A DNA stretch of 64,000 bases from Eledone cirrhosa (lineage: Eukaryota), in assembly GCA_964016885.1 (NCBI GenBank), contig OZ024748.1, positions 36,518,001 through 36,582,000 of the forward strand. Reading direction: 5' to 3'. A model generated the notes under the pieces. It made no database searches and had not been told where the DNA came from. It saw nothing but the letters and a program-made list of their open reading frames with translations. Of the stretch, positions 1 through 13,900 are shown piece by piece. The number at the start of each line of letters is the position of its first letter. Position 1 is the first letter of the stretch. The position numbers were made by a program, and so were the translations under genes.

Positions 1-3000
1 AATATAAGGTTAACAACACAACCTCACAGTCTGTCATAGTTATAATATAAGGTTAACAACAACACAAGCTCACAGTCTGTCATAGTTATAATATAAGGTT
101 AACAACACAACCTCACAGTCTGTCATAGTTATAATATAAGGTTAACAACTACACAACCTCACAGTCTTTCATAGTTATAATATAAGGTTAACAACACAAC
201 CTCACAATCTGTCATAGTTATAATATAAGGTTAACAACAACACAACCTCACAGTCTCTCATAGTTATAATATAAGGTTAACAACACAACCTCACAGTCTG
301 TCATAGTTTTAATATAAGGTAAACAACAACACAACCTCACAGTCTGTCATAGTTATAATATAAGGTTAACAACACAACCTCACAGTCTGTCATAGTTATA
401 ATATAAGGTTAACAACACAACCTCACAGTCTGTCATATTTATAATATAAGGTTAACAACAACACAACCACACAGTCTGTCATAGTTATAATATAAGGTTA
501 ACAACACAACCTCACAGTCTGTCATAGTTATAATATAAGTTTAACAACAACACAAGCTCACAGTCTGTCATAGTTATAATATAAGGTTAACAACACAACC
601 ACACAGTCAATCATAGTTATAATATAAGGTTAACAACACAACCACACAGTCTGTCATAGTTATAATATAAGGTTAACAACACAACCTCAAAGTCTGTCAT
701 AGTTATAATATAAGGTTAACAACACAACCACACAGTCTATCATAGTTATAATATAAGGTTAACAACACAACCACACAGTCTGCCATAGTTATAATATAAG
801 ATTAACAACACAACCTCACAGTCTGTCATAGTTATAACATAAGGTTAACAACACAACCTCACAGTCTGTCATAGTTATAATATAAGGTTAACAACACAAC
901 CTCACAGTCTGTCATAGTTATAATATAAGGTTAACAATACAACCACACAGTCTGTCATAGTTATAATATAAGGTTAACAACACAACCTCAAAGTCTGTCA
1001 TAGTTATAATATAAGGTTAACAACACAACCACACAGTCTATCATAGTTATAATATAAGGTTAACAACACAACCACACAGTCTGCCATAGTTATAATATAA
1101 GGTTAACAACAACACAGCCTCACAGTCTATCATAGTTATAATATCAGGTTAACAACACAACCTTACAGTCTGTCATAGTTATAATATAAGGTTAACAACA
1201 CAACCTCACAGTCTGTCATAGTTATAATATAAGGTTAACAACAACACAGCCTCACAGTCTGTCATAGTTATAATATAAGGTTAACAACAACACAGCCTCA
1301 CAGTCTCTCATAGTTATAATATAAGGTTAACAACAACAACACAACCTCACAGTCTGTCATAGTTATAATATAAGGTTAACAACAACACAACCTCACAGTC
1401 TGTCATAGTTATAATATAAGGTTAACAACAACACAGCCTCACAGTCTGTCATAGTTATAATATAAGGTTAACAACACAAACTCACAGTCTGTCATAGTTA
1501 TAATATAAGGTTAACAACAACACAGCCTCACAGTCTGTCATAGTTATAATATAAGGTTAACAACACAACCACACAGTCAGTCATAGTTATAATATAAGAT
1601 TAACAACACAACCTCACAGTCTGTCATAGTTATAACATAAGGTTAAAAACACAACCTCACAGTCTGTCATAGTTATAATATAAGGTTAACAACACAACCT
1701 CACAGTCTGTCATAGTTATAATATAAGGTTAACAACACAACCTCACAGTCTGTCATAGTTATAATATAAGGTTAACAACACAACCTCACAGTCTGTCATA
1801 GTTATAATATAAGGTTAACAACACAACCTCACAGTCTTTCATTGTTATAATATAAGGTTAACAACACAACCACACAGTCTGTCATAGTTATAATATAAGC
1901 TTAACAACACAACCACACAGTCTGTCATAGTTATAATATAAGGTTAACAACACAACCTCACAGTCTTTCATAGTTATAATATAAGGTTAACAACACAACC
2001 TCACAGTCTCTCATAGTTATAATATAAGGTTAACAACACAACCACACAGTCTGTCATAGTTATAATAGAAGGTTAACAACAACACAAGCTCACAGTCTGT
2101 CATAGTTATAATATAAGGTTAACAACACAACCACACAGTCTGTCATAGTTATAATATAAGGTTAACAACAACACCAGCTCACAGTCTGTCATAGTTATAA
2201 TATAAGGTTAACAACAAAACCACACAGTCTGTCATAGTTATAATATAAGGTTAACAACACAACCTCACAGTCTGTCATAGTTATAATATAAGGTTAACAA
2301 CACAACCTCACAGTCTGTCATAGTTATAATATAAGGTTAACAACAACACAAGCTCACAGTCTGTCATAGTTATAATATAAGGTTAACAACACAACCTCAC
2401 AGTCTGTCATAGTTATAATATAAGGTTAACAACTACACAACCTCACAGTCTTTCATAGTTATAATATAAGGTTAACAACACAACCTCACAGTCTGTCATA
2501 GTTATAATATAAGGTTAACAACACAACCTCACAGTCTGTCATAGTTATAATATAAGGTTAACAACACAACCTCACAGTCTGTCATAGTTATAATATAAGG
2601 TTAACAACACAACCTCACAGTATGCCATAGTTATAATATAAGGTTAACAACACAACTTCACAGTCTGTCATAGTTATAATATAAGGTTAACAACACAACC
2701 TCACAGTCTGTCATAGTTATAATATAAGGTTAACAACACAACCTCACAGTCTGTCATAGTTATAATATAAGGTTAACAACAACACAACCTCACAGTCTGT
2801 CATAGTTATAATATAAGGTTAACAACACAACCTCACAGTCTGTCATAGTTATAATATAAGGTTAACAACACAACCTCACAGTCTGTCATAGTTATAATAT
2901 AAGGTTAACAACACAACCTCACAGTCTTTCATTGTTATAATATAAGGTTAACAACACAACCTCACAGTCTGTCATAGTTATAATATAAGCTTAACAACAC

Positions 3001-6000
3001 AACCACACAGTCTGTCATAGTTATAATATAAGGTTAACAACACAACCTCACAGTCTTTCATAGTTATAATATAAGGTTAACAACACAACCTCACAGTCTC
3101 TCATAGTTATAATATAAGGTTAACAACACAACCACACAGTCTGTCATAGTTATAATATAAGGTTAACAACAACACAAGCTCACAGTCTGTCATAGTTATA
3201 ATATAAGGTTAACAACACAACCACACAGTCTGTCATAGTTATAATATAAGGTTAACAACAACACCAGCTCACAGTCTGTCATAGTTATAATATAAGGTTA
3301 ACAACAAAACCTCACAGTCTGTCATAGTTATAATATAAGGTTAACAACACAACCTCACAGTCTGTCATAGTTATAATATAAGGTTAACAACACAACCTCA
3401 CAGTCTGTCATAGTTATAATATAAGGTTAACAACAACACAAGCTCACAGTCTGTCATAGTTATAATATAAGGTTAACAACACAACCTCACAGTATGTCAT
3501 AGTTATGATTTAAGGTTAACAACTACACAACCTCACAGTCTTTCATAGTTATAATATAAGGTTAAAAACACAACCTCACAGTCTGTCATAGTTATAATAT
3601 AAGGTTAACAACACAACCTCACAGTCTGTCATAGTTATAATATAAGGTTAACAACACAACCTCACAGTCTGTCATAGTTATAATATAAGATTAACAACAC
3701 AACCTCACAGTATGTCATAGTTATAATATAAGGTTAACAACACAACCTCACAGTCTGTCATAGTTATAATATAAGTTTAACAACAACACAAGCTCACAGT
3801 CTGTCATAATTATAATATAAGGTTAACAACACAACCTCACAGTCTGTCATAGTTATAATATAAGGTTAACAACACAACCTCACAGTCTGTCATAGTTATA
3901 ATATAAGGTTAACAACACAACCTCACAGTCTGTCATAGTTATAATATAAGGTTAACAACAACACAACCACACAGTCTGTCATAGTTATAATATAAGGTTA
4001 ACAACACAACCTCACAGTCTGTCATAGTTATAATATAAGTTTAACAACAACACAAGCTCACAGTCTGTCATAGTTATAATATAAGGTTAACAACACAACC
4101 ACACAGTCAATCATAGTTATAATATAAGGTTAACAACACAACCACACAGTCTGTCATAGTTATAATATAAGGTTAACAATACAACCACACAGTCTGTCAT
4201 AGTTATAATATAAGGTTAACAACACAACCTCACAGTCTATCATAGTTATAATATAAGGTTAACAACACAACCTCACAGTCTGTCATAGTTATAATATAAG
4301 GTTAACAACACAACCTCACAGTCTGTCATAGTTATAATATAAGGTTAACAACACAACCACACAGTCTGTCATAGTTATAATATAAGGTTAACAACAAAAC
4401 CTCACAGACTGTCATAGTTATAATATAAGGTTAACAACAACACAGGCTCACAGTCTGTCATAGTTATAATATAAGGTTAACAACAACACAGCCTCACAAT
4501 CTGTCATAGTTATAATATAAGGTTAACAACAACAACACAACCTCACAGTCTGTCATAGTTATAATATAAGGTTAACAACAACACAACCTCACAGTCTGTC
4601 ATAGTTATAGTATAAGGTTAACAACACAACCTCACAGTCTGTCATAGTTATAATATAAGGTTAACAACACAACCTCACAGTCTGTCATAGTTATAATATA
4701 AGGTTAACAACACAACCTCACAGTCTGTCATAGTTATAATATAAGGTTCACAACACAACCTCACAGTCTGTCATAGTTATAATATAAGGTTAACAACAAC
4801 ACAGCCTCACAGTCTGTCACAGTTATAATATAAGGTTAACAACAACACAGCCTCACAGTCTGTCATAGTTATAATATAAGGTGAACAACAACAACACAAC
4901 CTCACAGTCTATCATAGTTATAATATAAGGTTAACAACACAACCTCACAGTCTGTCATTGTTATAATATAAGGTTAACAACACAACCTCACAGTCTGTCA
5001 TAGTTATAATATAAGGTTAACAACACAACCTCACAGTCTGTCATAGTTATAATATAAGGTTAACAACACAACCTCACAGTCTTTCATTGTTATAATATAA
5101 GGTTAACAACACAACCACACAGTCTGTTATAGTTATAATATAAGGTTAACAACACAACCACACAGTCTGTCATAGTTATAATATAAGGTTAACAACACAA
5201 CCTCACAGTCTTTCATAGTTATAATATAAGGTTAACAGCACAACCTCACAGTCTTTCATTGTTATAATATAAGGTTAACAACACAACCACACAGTCTGTC
5301 ATTGTTATAATATAAGGTTAACAACACAACCTCACAGTCTTTCATAGTTTTAATATAAGGTTAACAACACAACCACACAGTCTGTCATAGTTATAATATA
5401 AGGTTAACAACACAACCTCACAGTCTGTCATAGTTATAATATAAGGTTAACAACAACAGAGCCTCACAGTCTGTCATAGTTATAATATAAGGTTAACAAC
5501 ACAACCTCACAGTCTGTCAGTTATAATATAAGGTTAACAACACAACCTCACAGTCTGTCATAGTTATAATATAAGGTTAACAACAACACCAGCTCACAGT
5601 CTGTCATAGTTATAATATAAGGTTAACAACACAACCACACAGTCTGTCATAGTTATAATATAAGGTTAACAACACAACCTCACAGTCTGTCATAGTTATC
5701 ATATAAGGTTAACAACACAACCTCACAGTCTGTCATAGTTATAATATAAGGTTAACAACAACACAAGCTCACAGTCTGTCATAGTTATAATATAAGGTTA
5801 ACAACACAAGCTCACAGTCTGTCATAGTTATAATATAAGGTTAACAACACACCCTCACAGTCTGTCATAGTTATAATATAAGGTTAACAACAACACAGCC
5901 ACACAGTCTGTCATAGTTATAATATAAGTTTAACAACAAGCTCACAGTCTGTCATAGTTATGATATAAGGTTAACAACACAACCTCACAGTCTGTCATAG

Positions 6001-6478
6001 TTATAATATAAGGTTAACAACAACACAACCTCTCCGTCTGTCATAGTTATAATATAAGGTTAACAACATAACCTCACAGTCTGTCATAGTTATAATATAA
6101 GGTTAACAACACAACCTCACAGTCTGTCATAGTTATAATATAAGGTTAACAACACAACCTCACAGTCTGTCATAGTTATAATATAAGGTTAACAACACAA
6201 CCTCACAGTCTGTCATAGTTATAATATAAGGTTAACAACACAACCTCACAGTCTGTCATAGTTATAGTATAAGGTTAACAACACAACCTCACAGTATGTC
6301 ATAGTTATAATATAAGGTTAACAACACAACCACACAGTCTGTCATAGTTATAATATAAGGTTAACAACACAACCACACAGTCTGTCATAGTTATAATATA
6401 AGGTTAACAACACAACCACACAGTCTGTCATAGTTATAATATAAGGTTAACAACAACACAGCCACACAGTCTGTCATG
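1..6478. repeat. 43-bp tandem satellite (~148 copies; 46/49-bp variants with extra AAC)
   Basis: Unit AATATAAGGTTAACAACACAACCTCACAGTCTGTCATAGTTAT repeats from the window start to ~6478. No ORF. Confidence 0.98.
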
Positions 6479-6920
6479 GTTTTTAAGTTTTAAAAGTTAT
6501 TTTCAAAATAATCAACGATGAATGGAAGTTGTAAAAACACAAAATAACCCTCGTGATTCTTATTTAACGATGGGTACGTTTGAGGAAAGCAAGTTCAACC
6601 TACATTAAACTTATGTAAAATACTGACATTATTGACTGGGGGTCAATAAAATAAAGTACCAGTAATGTACTGGGTAATTGCTGGTCTTGTGCCAAAAGTA
6701 GAAACAATTATTGAGTGACACACTAATACTTTAATGATATTTTATATTGTTCAATGAGGCATTCAATAGACATTCTTCTTGCTAAATCAAATTGTTAATT
6801 TTTAAGAGAAGACTCAAGGACATGAAATAATTTGAGCATTAGCAAGTGAACTATGTACTATGTGTGCATACATGTACACATAAACACACATATATTTATA
6901 TATACATACATATACATGTG

Positions 6921-7140
6921 AAGGAGTGTGGCTGAGTGGTTAGAGAATTGGATTCGCAATCGTAAGGTTGTGAGTTCGATTCCTGGACCAGGCGATGTGT
7001 TATGTCCTTGAGCAAGACACTTTATTTCACGTTGCGCCTTCTACCTGGAGTTGCGACCGATAGATTGTATTAGCAAGTGGAAAGGCCAACGGAAACATTG
7101 TTTCCTCGGTCCGATTTGACGAAAGTCGATCGTTAAAATA
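6921..7140 (+). mobile_element. tRNA-derived SINE
   Basis: A-box TGGCTGAGTGG, B-box GTTCGATTCC, conserved TGTCCTTGAGCAAGACACTTTATTTCAC core. A 5'-truncated copy lies at 49207-49365. Confidence 0.8.
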
Positions 7141-7200
7141 TACATATACATACATACATTCACAGCATACATACATATACAGCATACATACATACATATC

Positions 7201-7480
7201 AAGGCGATATGGCTTAGTGGTTAGAGCATTGGACTTGGGGTCCCTATTATTCCACTGCAAAGTGGTCGTGGAGGTACCACGTCAACAAAGCACCCACCAC
7301 TCTCTGTAAATGAAGTTTGTGTTAGGAAGGGCATCCAGCTGTAGAAATCAAGCAAAATCAGTTCCCGTATGAGCAAGACAAGGTCAGCCGACCAGACACT
7401 GCCCACAACAAGACAACCCATCTAACCCATGCTAGCGTGGAAGAACGGACGTAAAACGGTGACGATGATGATGATGATGA
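7201..7480 (+). mobile_element. SINE, internally deleted, (GAT)n tail
   Basis: Head and 3' body match the 13978-14320 SINE, with the B-box region missing. Confidence 0.75.
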
Positions 7481-7494
7481 CATACATATATATA

Positions 7495-7562
<68 letters not shown>

Positions 7563-7817
7563 CTATGAATAAAGAGTTCTAAACTCAAATAGTCCTTTAC
7601 AATGAAATAGCTCAAAGAAAAAAGTATTTCTGAGCCGTGTAATACAAGTTAATATAAATTAATTTATATGATAAACACAAATACCAACATATAAGTGTTT
7701 GTATTGTAAATGACTAACTTAGCTAGATTGAAAAATACTAATTATAATAATACAGTTTGCCTGTCTCGATTTAAAATAATAAATCAATAAAAACAAACCA
7801 TACTGGCAAATGGCCGT

Positions 7818-7948
7818 GGTACTTGGACAAATTTAAATTTCAAAATCCAAACCTGTTCCGTAGACAAGTTTAAACCTCAAAATCCAAATAAGTTTCGATA
7901 AATGAAAAAGTGAAAAAATACCATATTCAGATCTCCTCAGCAAGTACC
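7818..7948 (-). ncRNA. Type I hammerhead ribozyme (GUC site)
   Basis: Reverse-complement copy: GGTACTTG-CTGAGGA-GAT..ATC-GAAAC..GTC-CAAGTACC. Confidence 0.75.
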
Positions 7949-8679
7949 CTGAAAAATTGGTATGTTTCACTTCAAAATATTTAAGAAGACTGATTAACGC
8001 ACATGGTTTCTCAGTGTCTAGCTACTGCATACTCGTGCTGCTAGAAATAACAGCCGTTTTTATGGGGCTAAAATTAGCTCGACAGAAGGAGCCGTGATAC
8101 TATGAATAAAGAGTTCTAAACTCAAACAGTCCTTTACAATGAAATAGCTCAAAGAAAGAAGTATTTCTGAGCCGTGTAATTTTTTCATTTATCGAAACTT
8201 ATTTGGATTTTGAAGTTTAAACTTATCTACGGAACAGGTTTGGATTTTGAAATTTAAATTTGTCCAAGTACCACGGCCATTTGCCAGTATGGTTTGTTTT
8301 TATTGATTTATTATTTTAAATCGAGACAGGCAAACTGTATTATTATAATTAGTATTTTTCAATCTAGCTAACTTAGTCATTTACAATACAAACACTTATA
8401 TGTTGGTATTTGTGTTTATCATATAAATTAATTTATATTAACTTGTATTACACGGCTCAGAAATACTTCTTTATTTGAGCTATTTCATTGTAAAGGACTG
8501 TTTGAGTTTAGAACTCTTTATTCATAGTATCACGGCTCCTTCTGTCGAGCTAATTTTAGCCCCATAAAAACGGGTGTTCTTTCTAGCAGCACGAGTATGC
8601 GGCAGCTAGACACTGAGAAACCATGTGCGTTGATCAGTCTTCTTAAATATTTTGAAGTGAAACATACCTATTCTTCAGT

Positions 8680-8808
8680 GTACTTGCTGAGGAGATCTGA
8701 ATATGGTATTTTTTCACTTTTTCATTTATCGAAACTTATTTGGATTTTGAAGTTTAAACTTATCTACGGAACAGGTTTGGATTTTGAAATTTAAATTTGT
8801 CCAAGTAC
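8680..8808 (+). ncRNA. Type I hammerhead ribozyme (GUC site)
   Basis: Stem I GTACTTG/CAAGTAC, CTGAGGA core, stem II GAT/ATC plus TGAA/TTCA, GAAAC, long stem III, GTC. Confidence 0.75.
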
Positions 8809-9215
8809 CACGGCCATTTGCCAGTATGGTTTGTTTTTATTGATTTATTATTGTAAATCAAGACAGGCAAACTGTATTATTATAATTAGTATTTTTCAAT
8901 CTAGCTAACTTAGTCATTTACAATACAAACACTTATATGTTGGTATTTGTGTTTATCATATATATTAATTTATATTAACTTGAATTACACGGCTCAGAAA
9001 TACTTCTTTATTTGAGCTATTTCATTGTAAAGGACTGTTTGAGTTTAGAACTCTTTATTCATAGTATCACGGCTCCTTCTGTCGAGCTAATTTTAGCCCC
9101 ATAAAAACGGCTGTTATTTCTAGCAGCACGAGTATGCAGCAGCTAGACACTGAGAAACCATGTGCGTTGATCAGTCTTCTTAAATATTTTGAAGTGAAAC
9201 ATACCAATTTTTCAG

Positions 9216-9310
9216 GGTACTTGCTGAGGAGATCTGAATATGGTATTTTTTTCACATTTTCATTTATCGAAACTTATTTGGATTTTGAAATTTAAATTTG
9301 TCCAAGTACC
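9216..9310 (+). ncRNA. Type I hammerhead ribozyme (GUC site, short stem III)
   Basis: Stem I GGTACTTG/CAAGTACC (8 bp), CTGAGGA 9224-9230, GAAAC 9269-9273, stem III ATTTGGA/TTTAAAT, GTC 9300-9302. Confidence 0.8.
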
Positions 9311-9483
9311 ACGGCCATTTGCCAGTATGGTTTGTTTTTATTGATTTATTATTTTAAATCGAGACAGGCAAACTGTATTATTATAATTAGTATTTTTCAA
9401 TCTAGCTAAGTTAGTCATTTACAATACAAACACTTATATGTTGATATTTGTGTTTATCATATATATTAATTTATATTAACTTG

Positions 9484-9982
<499 letters not shown>

Positions 9983-9983
9983 A

Positions 9984-10555
9984 GACGAGATAGTATGATA
10001 TGGGATAGGGAGAAGAAAGCATGCACAGTAGTGGAAATTAGCTGCCCAGCAGATGTCAATATAATATCAAAGATTAGCGAAAAGGAGAATATTTATGCAG
10101 AACTGATGAGAAATCTGCAGATACTCCACCCTGATTACACCTTCAGATTTATGCCTGTGATTATTGGGGCACTGGGCTATGTTAGTAACTGCCTCAATAC
10201 AAATCTTGAGAAGCTAGGCTTCACAGGAACAGAAATAACACAACTAGTTAGAAATTACAAGTACAATCCATTAATGGAACAGTAAAAATAAGTAAAATAT
10301 TCCAAAAATTTTGCATCTAATAACTGCATATACACATGTACAGATACAAAGCATATACACATGCACACATACAACTCAATACATACACATCCACACATAC
10401 AATAACATCCATATCTACACATGCATGCATACATATCTACCTAGTTGATGTTGTGTAAATTCCAATGAAAAGTATTGTGTCTATGTTAGAAACCAACTCT
10501 CTCTCTATTGGGAAAACATTTGTGAAATTATAAAACCAGAAGAAGATATACACAC
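9984..10555 (+). mobile_element. 5'-truncated RLE-type non-LTR retrotransposon (R4/Dong-like C-terminal endonuclease plus 3' UTR)
   Basis: [37 protein letters not shown] resembles the restriction-like endonuclease C-terminus. Embedded in microsatellite. Confidence 0.75.
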
Positions 10556-10609
10556 ATATATATATATACATACATACACATATATATATACATATATATA
10601 TACATACAT

Positions 10610-10640
<31 letters not shown>

Positions 10641-10647
10641 CATACAT

Positions 10648-10680
<33 letters not shown>

Positions 10681-10696
10681 CATACATACACACACG

Positions 10697-10745
<49 letters not shown>

Positions 10746-10749
<4 letters not shown>

Positions 10750-11171
10750 GAATGTATGTATAGTATATTTGGCAATATACTGTATGTTTAATTAAAAATA
10801 TTTAGAAGACCATAAGCTATCAGTTTTTAAAGTAGTGACTATGTCACTTCTTTTCGACAAAAGAAGGGAGAGAAGCTGACAGTCTGTTTCACGCTGGTTG
10901 GCGTTGATCAGAGCCACGTACTCTCCTGCTTCCGCCAAAAATTAAAGAAGCTGGATTCTTATAGAATTCCAGTAACAATCAGGAAGCAGGGGAGTACATG
11001 GCTCTGATGAATGCCAACCAGCATGGAACAGACTGTCAGCATCTCTCCCTTCTTTCGCTAAAAAGATGTAAGTGACATAGTCATTACTTTAAAACTGATA
11101 GCATATGGTCTTCTAAATGCTTTTAATTAAACATACGGTATATTGCCAAATATACTATACATACATTCATG
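10746..11171. repeat. Inverted pair of PLE-type terminal fragments, each with a hammerhead
   Basis: ~190-bp diverged arms, ~50-bp spacer. HHR motifs at 10875-10914 (-) and 11001-11040 (+). Confidence 0.8.
11001..11040 (+). ncRNA. Minimal type I hammerhead (one core substitution)
   Basis: GCT-CTGATGA-ATGC caacca GCAT-GGAA-CAGACTG-TC-AGC. The mirror arm has GAAA but CTGATCA. Confidence 0.7.
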
Positions 11172-11259
11172 TTTACATCGCTATTTCAGAGCACCAATCC
11201 TAATATATATATATATACAAACATATTCATATTACATATCAGTTGCACTCAATGCTTAC

Positions 11260-11361
11260 ATTGTATTCTAAAGTGATTTCAATCAATTTAAATTTCTCGG
11301 CCAAGTACATAATGTATGTTAGTATGTAATTTACTACTTGTTTTCTATGCACCAGGCGTCC
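11260..11361 (-). CDS. Possible further exon of BCAP/BANK1-like gene (ankyrin-like start)
   Basis: In frame with the previous exon. LTYIMYLAEKFKL loosely resembles BCAP LPTLLHFAAKYGL. GTAAGC donor, weak acceptor. Confidence 0.3.
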
Positions 11362-11439
11362 CTGGGTATTTCTCCTCACAACCAAATACTCATTTAAATA
11401 CAAAATATCTAATGTGGAAAAGAATAGCAATTTACTTAC

Positions 11440-11531
11440 TTGCATACTTTCTAAATTGTTTTTGAAGTTTTCATATGCGGTACTGCTTACATTCTTGAAA
11501 GGGTTAAACGTGGATCCCATATAAATCTTAT
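11440..11531 (-). CDS. Probable exon of BCAP/BANK1-like gene
   Basis: AAAACAG acceptor and GTAAGT donor. Phase-1 start matches the preceding exon. Encodes KIYMGSTFNPF..ESMQ. Confidence 0.5.
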
Positions 11532-11829
11532 CTGTTTTAATAAATAAAGAGCAAATGATATCATCATAGAAGACCATTTAGAAAAGGGGTATCGAATATT
11601 CATACTACGAGGACCAATTCTAAAAGGAAAATAACGTGTGGATCCGATTAGGGCTGAAAGTGAATAAACCCTGTCATTTTAGGGACTCAGCATTATGCAA
11701 ATTCTATTAAATTAAAAGATGGTGCCTAGCCACCATCTTTAAAATTCACAGCTAAAGGCTTTCAAATGTTTGTAAACATATCGTATATCATTCAATATAC
11801 AAATGTTAAATACATATATGTATACAGTT

Positions 11830-11995
11830 AAGGTTGCGAATTGACAGAGTCATTAAGACGTTGGATAGAATGCTTTTATTGTATTCATCCCTCCTCGTTA
11901 CGCACTCTGAGTCCAAATCCTGCTGAGGTCAACTTTGCCTTTCATACTTTCGAGGTCAATAAAAAAAAAAGTACCAGTCCAGTACTGGAGTTGAT
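11830..11995 (+). mobile_element. SINE family B copy
   Basis: GAGGTCAACTTTGCCTTTCAT..GGTCAATAAAA..GTACCAG core shared by many copies in the window. Confidence 0.7.
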
Positions 11996-12000
11996 TCTTC

Positions 12001-12445
12001 CACTATAGAACAACATCGGCCGTGTTCAGACCTGGAGAGGGTTTGGTTCCGCTGTGTTTAAATGTGCCCTAGACACGCCGTTTGGCGGTGGCTCTAGACT
12101 CCACAAGGAGTTATGGGATCTTTATCCTTATTTATGTGTACAGTTATGTTGGAACGAACACTTTAATTCTAAATTATTATTTTATTCTGAAGATTATGCT
12201 GATATTTTTCATATGGGTTTTAAGTCTGTTTTCTATGTACAAAGGCAATTGTAGAATGTGTTTACACTTTCTTATTTTCACAGCGAGGTTTCTAATTAAA
12301 AAAAACAAAAAAAACTGTAGTCATACTTGAATTAAATTGATCTTAAATCTCATAATAATGTTCTACTTTTGATTCAAGGTTAACAATTTTAAACCTGGCA
12401 GAGCTCATCTCCTCTCCAGGTCTGAATACAGTAGATTTCTTCCAG
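12001..12445. mobile_element. Degenerate TIR DNA-transposon remnant
   Basis: GTGTTCAGACCTGGAGAGG (~12021) recurs inverted as CCTCTCCAGGTCTGAATAC (~12412). Left end begins CAC. No TSD seen. Confidence 0.4.
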
Positions 12446-12494
12446 AGAAGGATAGAGAGAATGATAGAAAGGAAGTGAGAAAGAGATATAGAAA

Positions 12495-12657
12495 AAGAAT
12501 TGATTCCAGTACTTGACTGGTACATTTTTATTGACCATTAACGGATGAAAAGCAAAGTTGACATCGGCGAGATTTAAACACAGAGAGTAGAGAACTGCAA
12601 TGAACACCACAAAGCATTCCATCTGACATTCTAACAACTCTGCCAATTCACTACCTT
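12495..12657 (-). mobile_element. SINE family B copy
   Basis: Reverse complement of the family core and head. Confidence 0.65.
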
Positions 12658-12717
12658 ATCTCTACAATACATCCAGTTATTTATGATAGTAGGATAGGTT
12701 TATTTCTGTTAACTTAC

Positions 12718-12903
12718 TGGACATGGAGAGTCTTTTTATGATGGCATCGTCTCCTACCGAATACTTATTCTCTGCATAATGGTAGAAGTTTTCCAGGAAG
12801 TTACTCATCAATGATTCTGAAGTTACAACTGTTAACTTCATCGTAAACATTGGTTCTTTCCTATCTTCAGAGTACAGACAGAGTAGATGCCGACCGACGC
12901 TTT
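12718..12903 (-). CDS. Exon of BCAP/BANK1-like gene (DBB domain, second half)
   Basis: Pyrimidine tract plus TTCAG acceptor, phase 1. SVGRHLLCLYSED..LTVVTSESLMSNFLEN parallels BCAP SGNVSLKIYSGD..ISYYTDMEEIGNLLSN. GTAAGT donor (alternative donor at 12757). Confidence 0.65.
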
Positions 12904-12984
12904 CTGAAGACCAAGGAAACCAAAATGAATTGCTGTTAATGTGGGATATAATTACACAAGATAGACTTAGAAAAAGAATCACTT

Positions 12985-13372
12985 ACCTTGAAATAGAAAT
13001 TTACAGAATGTGGCAACTCAAAACAATCACATTACTTGTAGTAGCAGAACTGCCAATCTCTAAAAACCCAAACGAGGAGTACCATAAAAAAAATGCCTCA
13101 AAACGGGGAGAAATGAGGCAAAATGGGGAGAGTTTACATAATGACAGTTATACTCATTTTCACAAGAGAAGACATATCTTGCCAACCCAAAGTGGGTGGG
13201 AGATCTCCCCGTCGGTCGGGGAGGATTGACAGATCTGTAGTAGTCATTAGGAATGATATCCAAGGCTTCGAACAATTATATAACCAAAATTCCTGACTGC
13301 CCTGAAGTCAGAGATTTAAAAAAATCATTTTCATGGCTACTTCACATATTTTGCGCAAGTCTCTCTGTGTAG
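12985..13372 (+). mobile_element. Degenerate RLE-LINE 3' fragment interrupted by a MITE
   Basis: LEIEIYRMWQLKT..VVVI and IP..LKKIIFMATSHILRKSL are typical R4-like C-terminal motifs. Confidence 0.65.
13045..13237. mobile_element. MITE with imperfect TIRs and 6-bp TSD
   Basis: CAGAACTGCCAATC versus reverse-complement end CAGATCTGTCAATC. TAGTAG duplicated at 13039-13044 and 13238-13243. Confidence 0.65.
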
Positions 13373-13559
13373 GCACAACAATTATGCATACAAAGCTATA
13401 TGTACCGAAACATATAGACACATTCAAATATATACAGGATGCCAGTCCATCGAAGGATTAACCCCCACACATATTACTGGTATTTATTGTCAACTGAGTA
13501 TACTGGAGCAATGTGAAATGAAGTGTTTTGCTCATGAACACAACCCACAACCAAACTCA

Positions 13560-13900
13560 GGTGATTTGGTAGAGTGGGTCAAATAGGTACCAGTAATTAT
13601 TCTGTGGCTTTCTGTTCTGAGTTCAAATCTTGTCCAGTTCAACTTTGCTTCTCATCCTTCCAGCGTCGATAAAATAAAGAACCAGTCATGTACTGGGTTT
13701 AATTTAATTAACTATGCCTTACCGTTAGATCATCGAACATACTTTGCAGCATTTAGTTACAATCCCGCTGAGGTCAACTTTGTCTTTTATCCGTCGGAGG
13801 TCAATAAAATGAAGTAACGACCAAGCATTAGGGATCAAGATAATTGATTTTTTCCTTCCACCCAATTTTCTATTTTTGTTCTTGTCCCTAAATTGGAAAT
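13560..13900 (+). mobile_element. Two adjacent SINE family B fragments
   Basis: CTGAGTTCAAAT..CAACTTTGC..GTCGATAAAATAAAG core present twice. Confidence 0.6.

Noticed and set aside
1-6478. CRISPR-like array, coding repeat, or hammerhead (CTGTGAGG) in the 43-bp satellite
   Set aside because: No unique spacers, the unit is not a multiple of 3, and there is no CTGANGA/GAAA core.
6728-6782. Possible terminal exon of the BCAP-like gene (QEECLLNASLNNIKYH*)
   Set aside because: Only an AG and a short frame; no homology support.
6921-6990. tRNA gene
   Set aside because: The A/B boxes belong to SINE heads; there is no complete cloverleaf. The same applies at 13978 and 20002.
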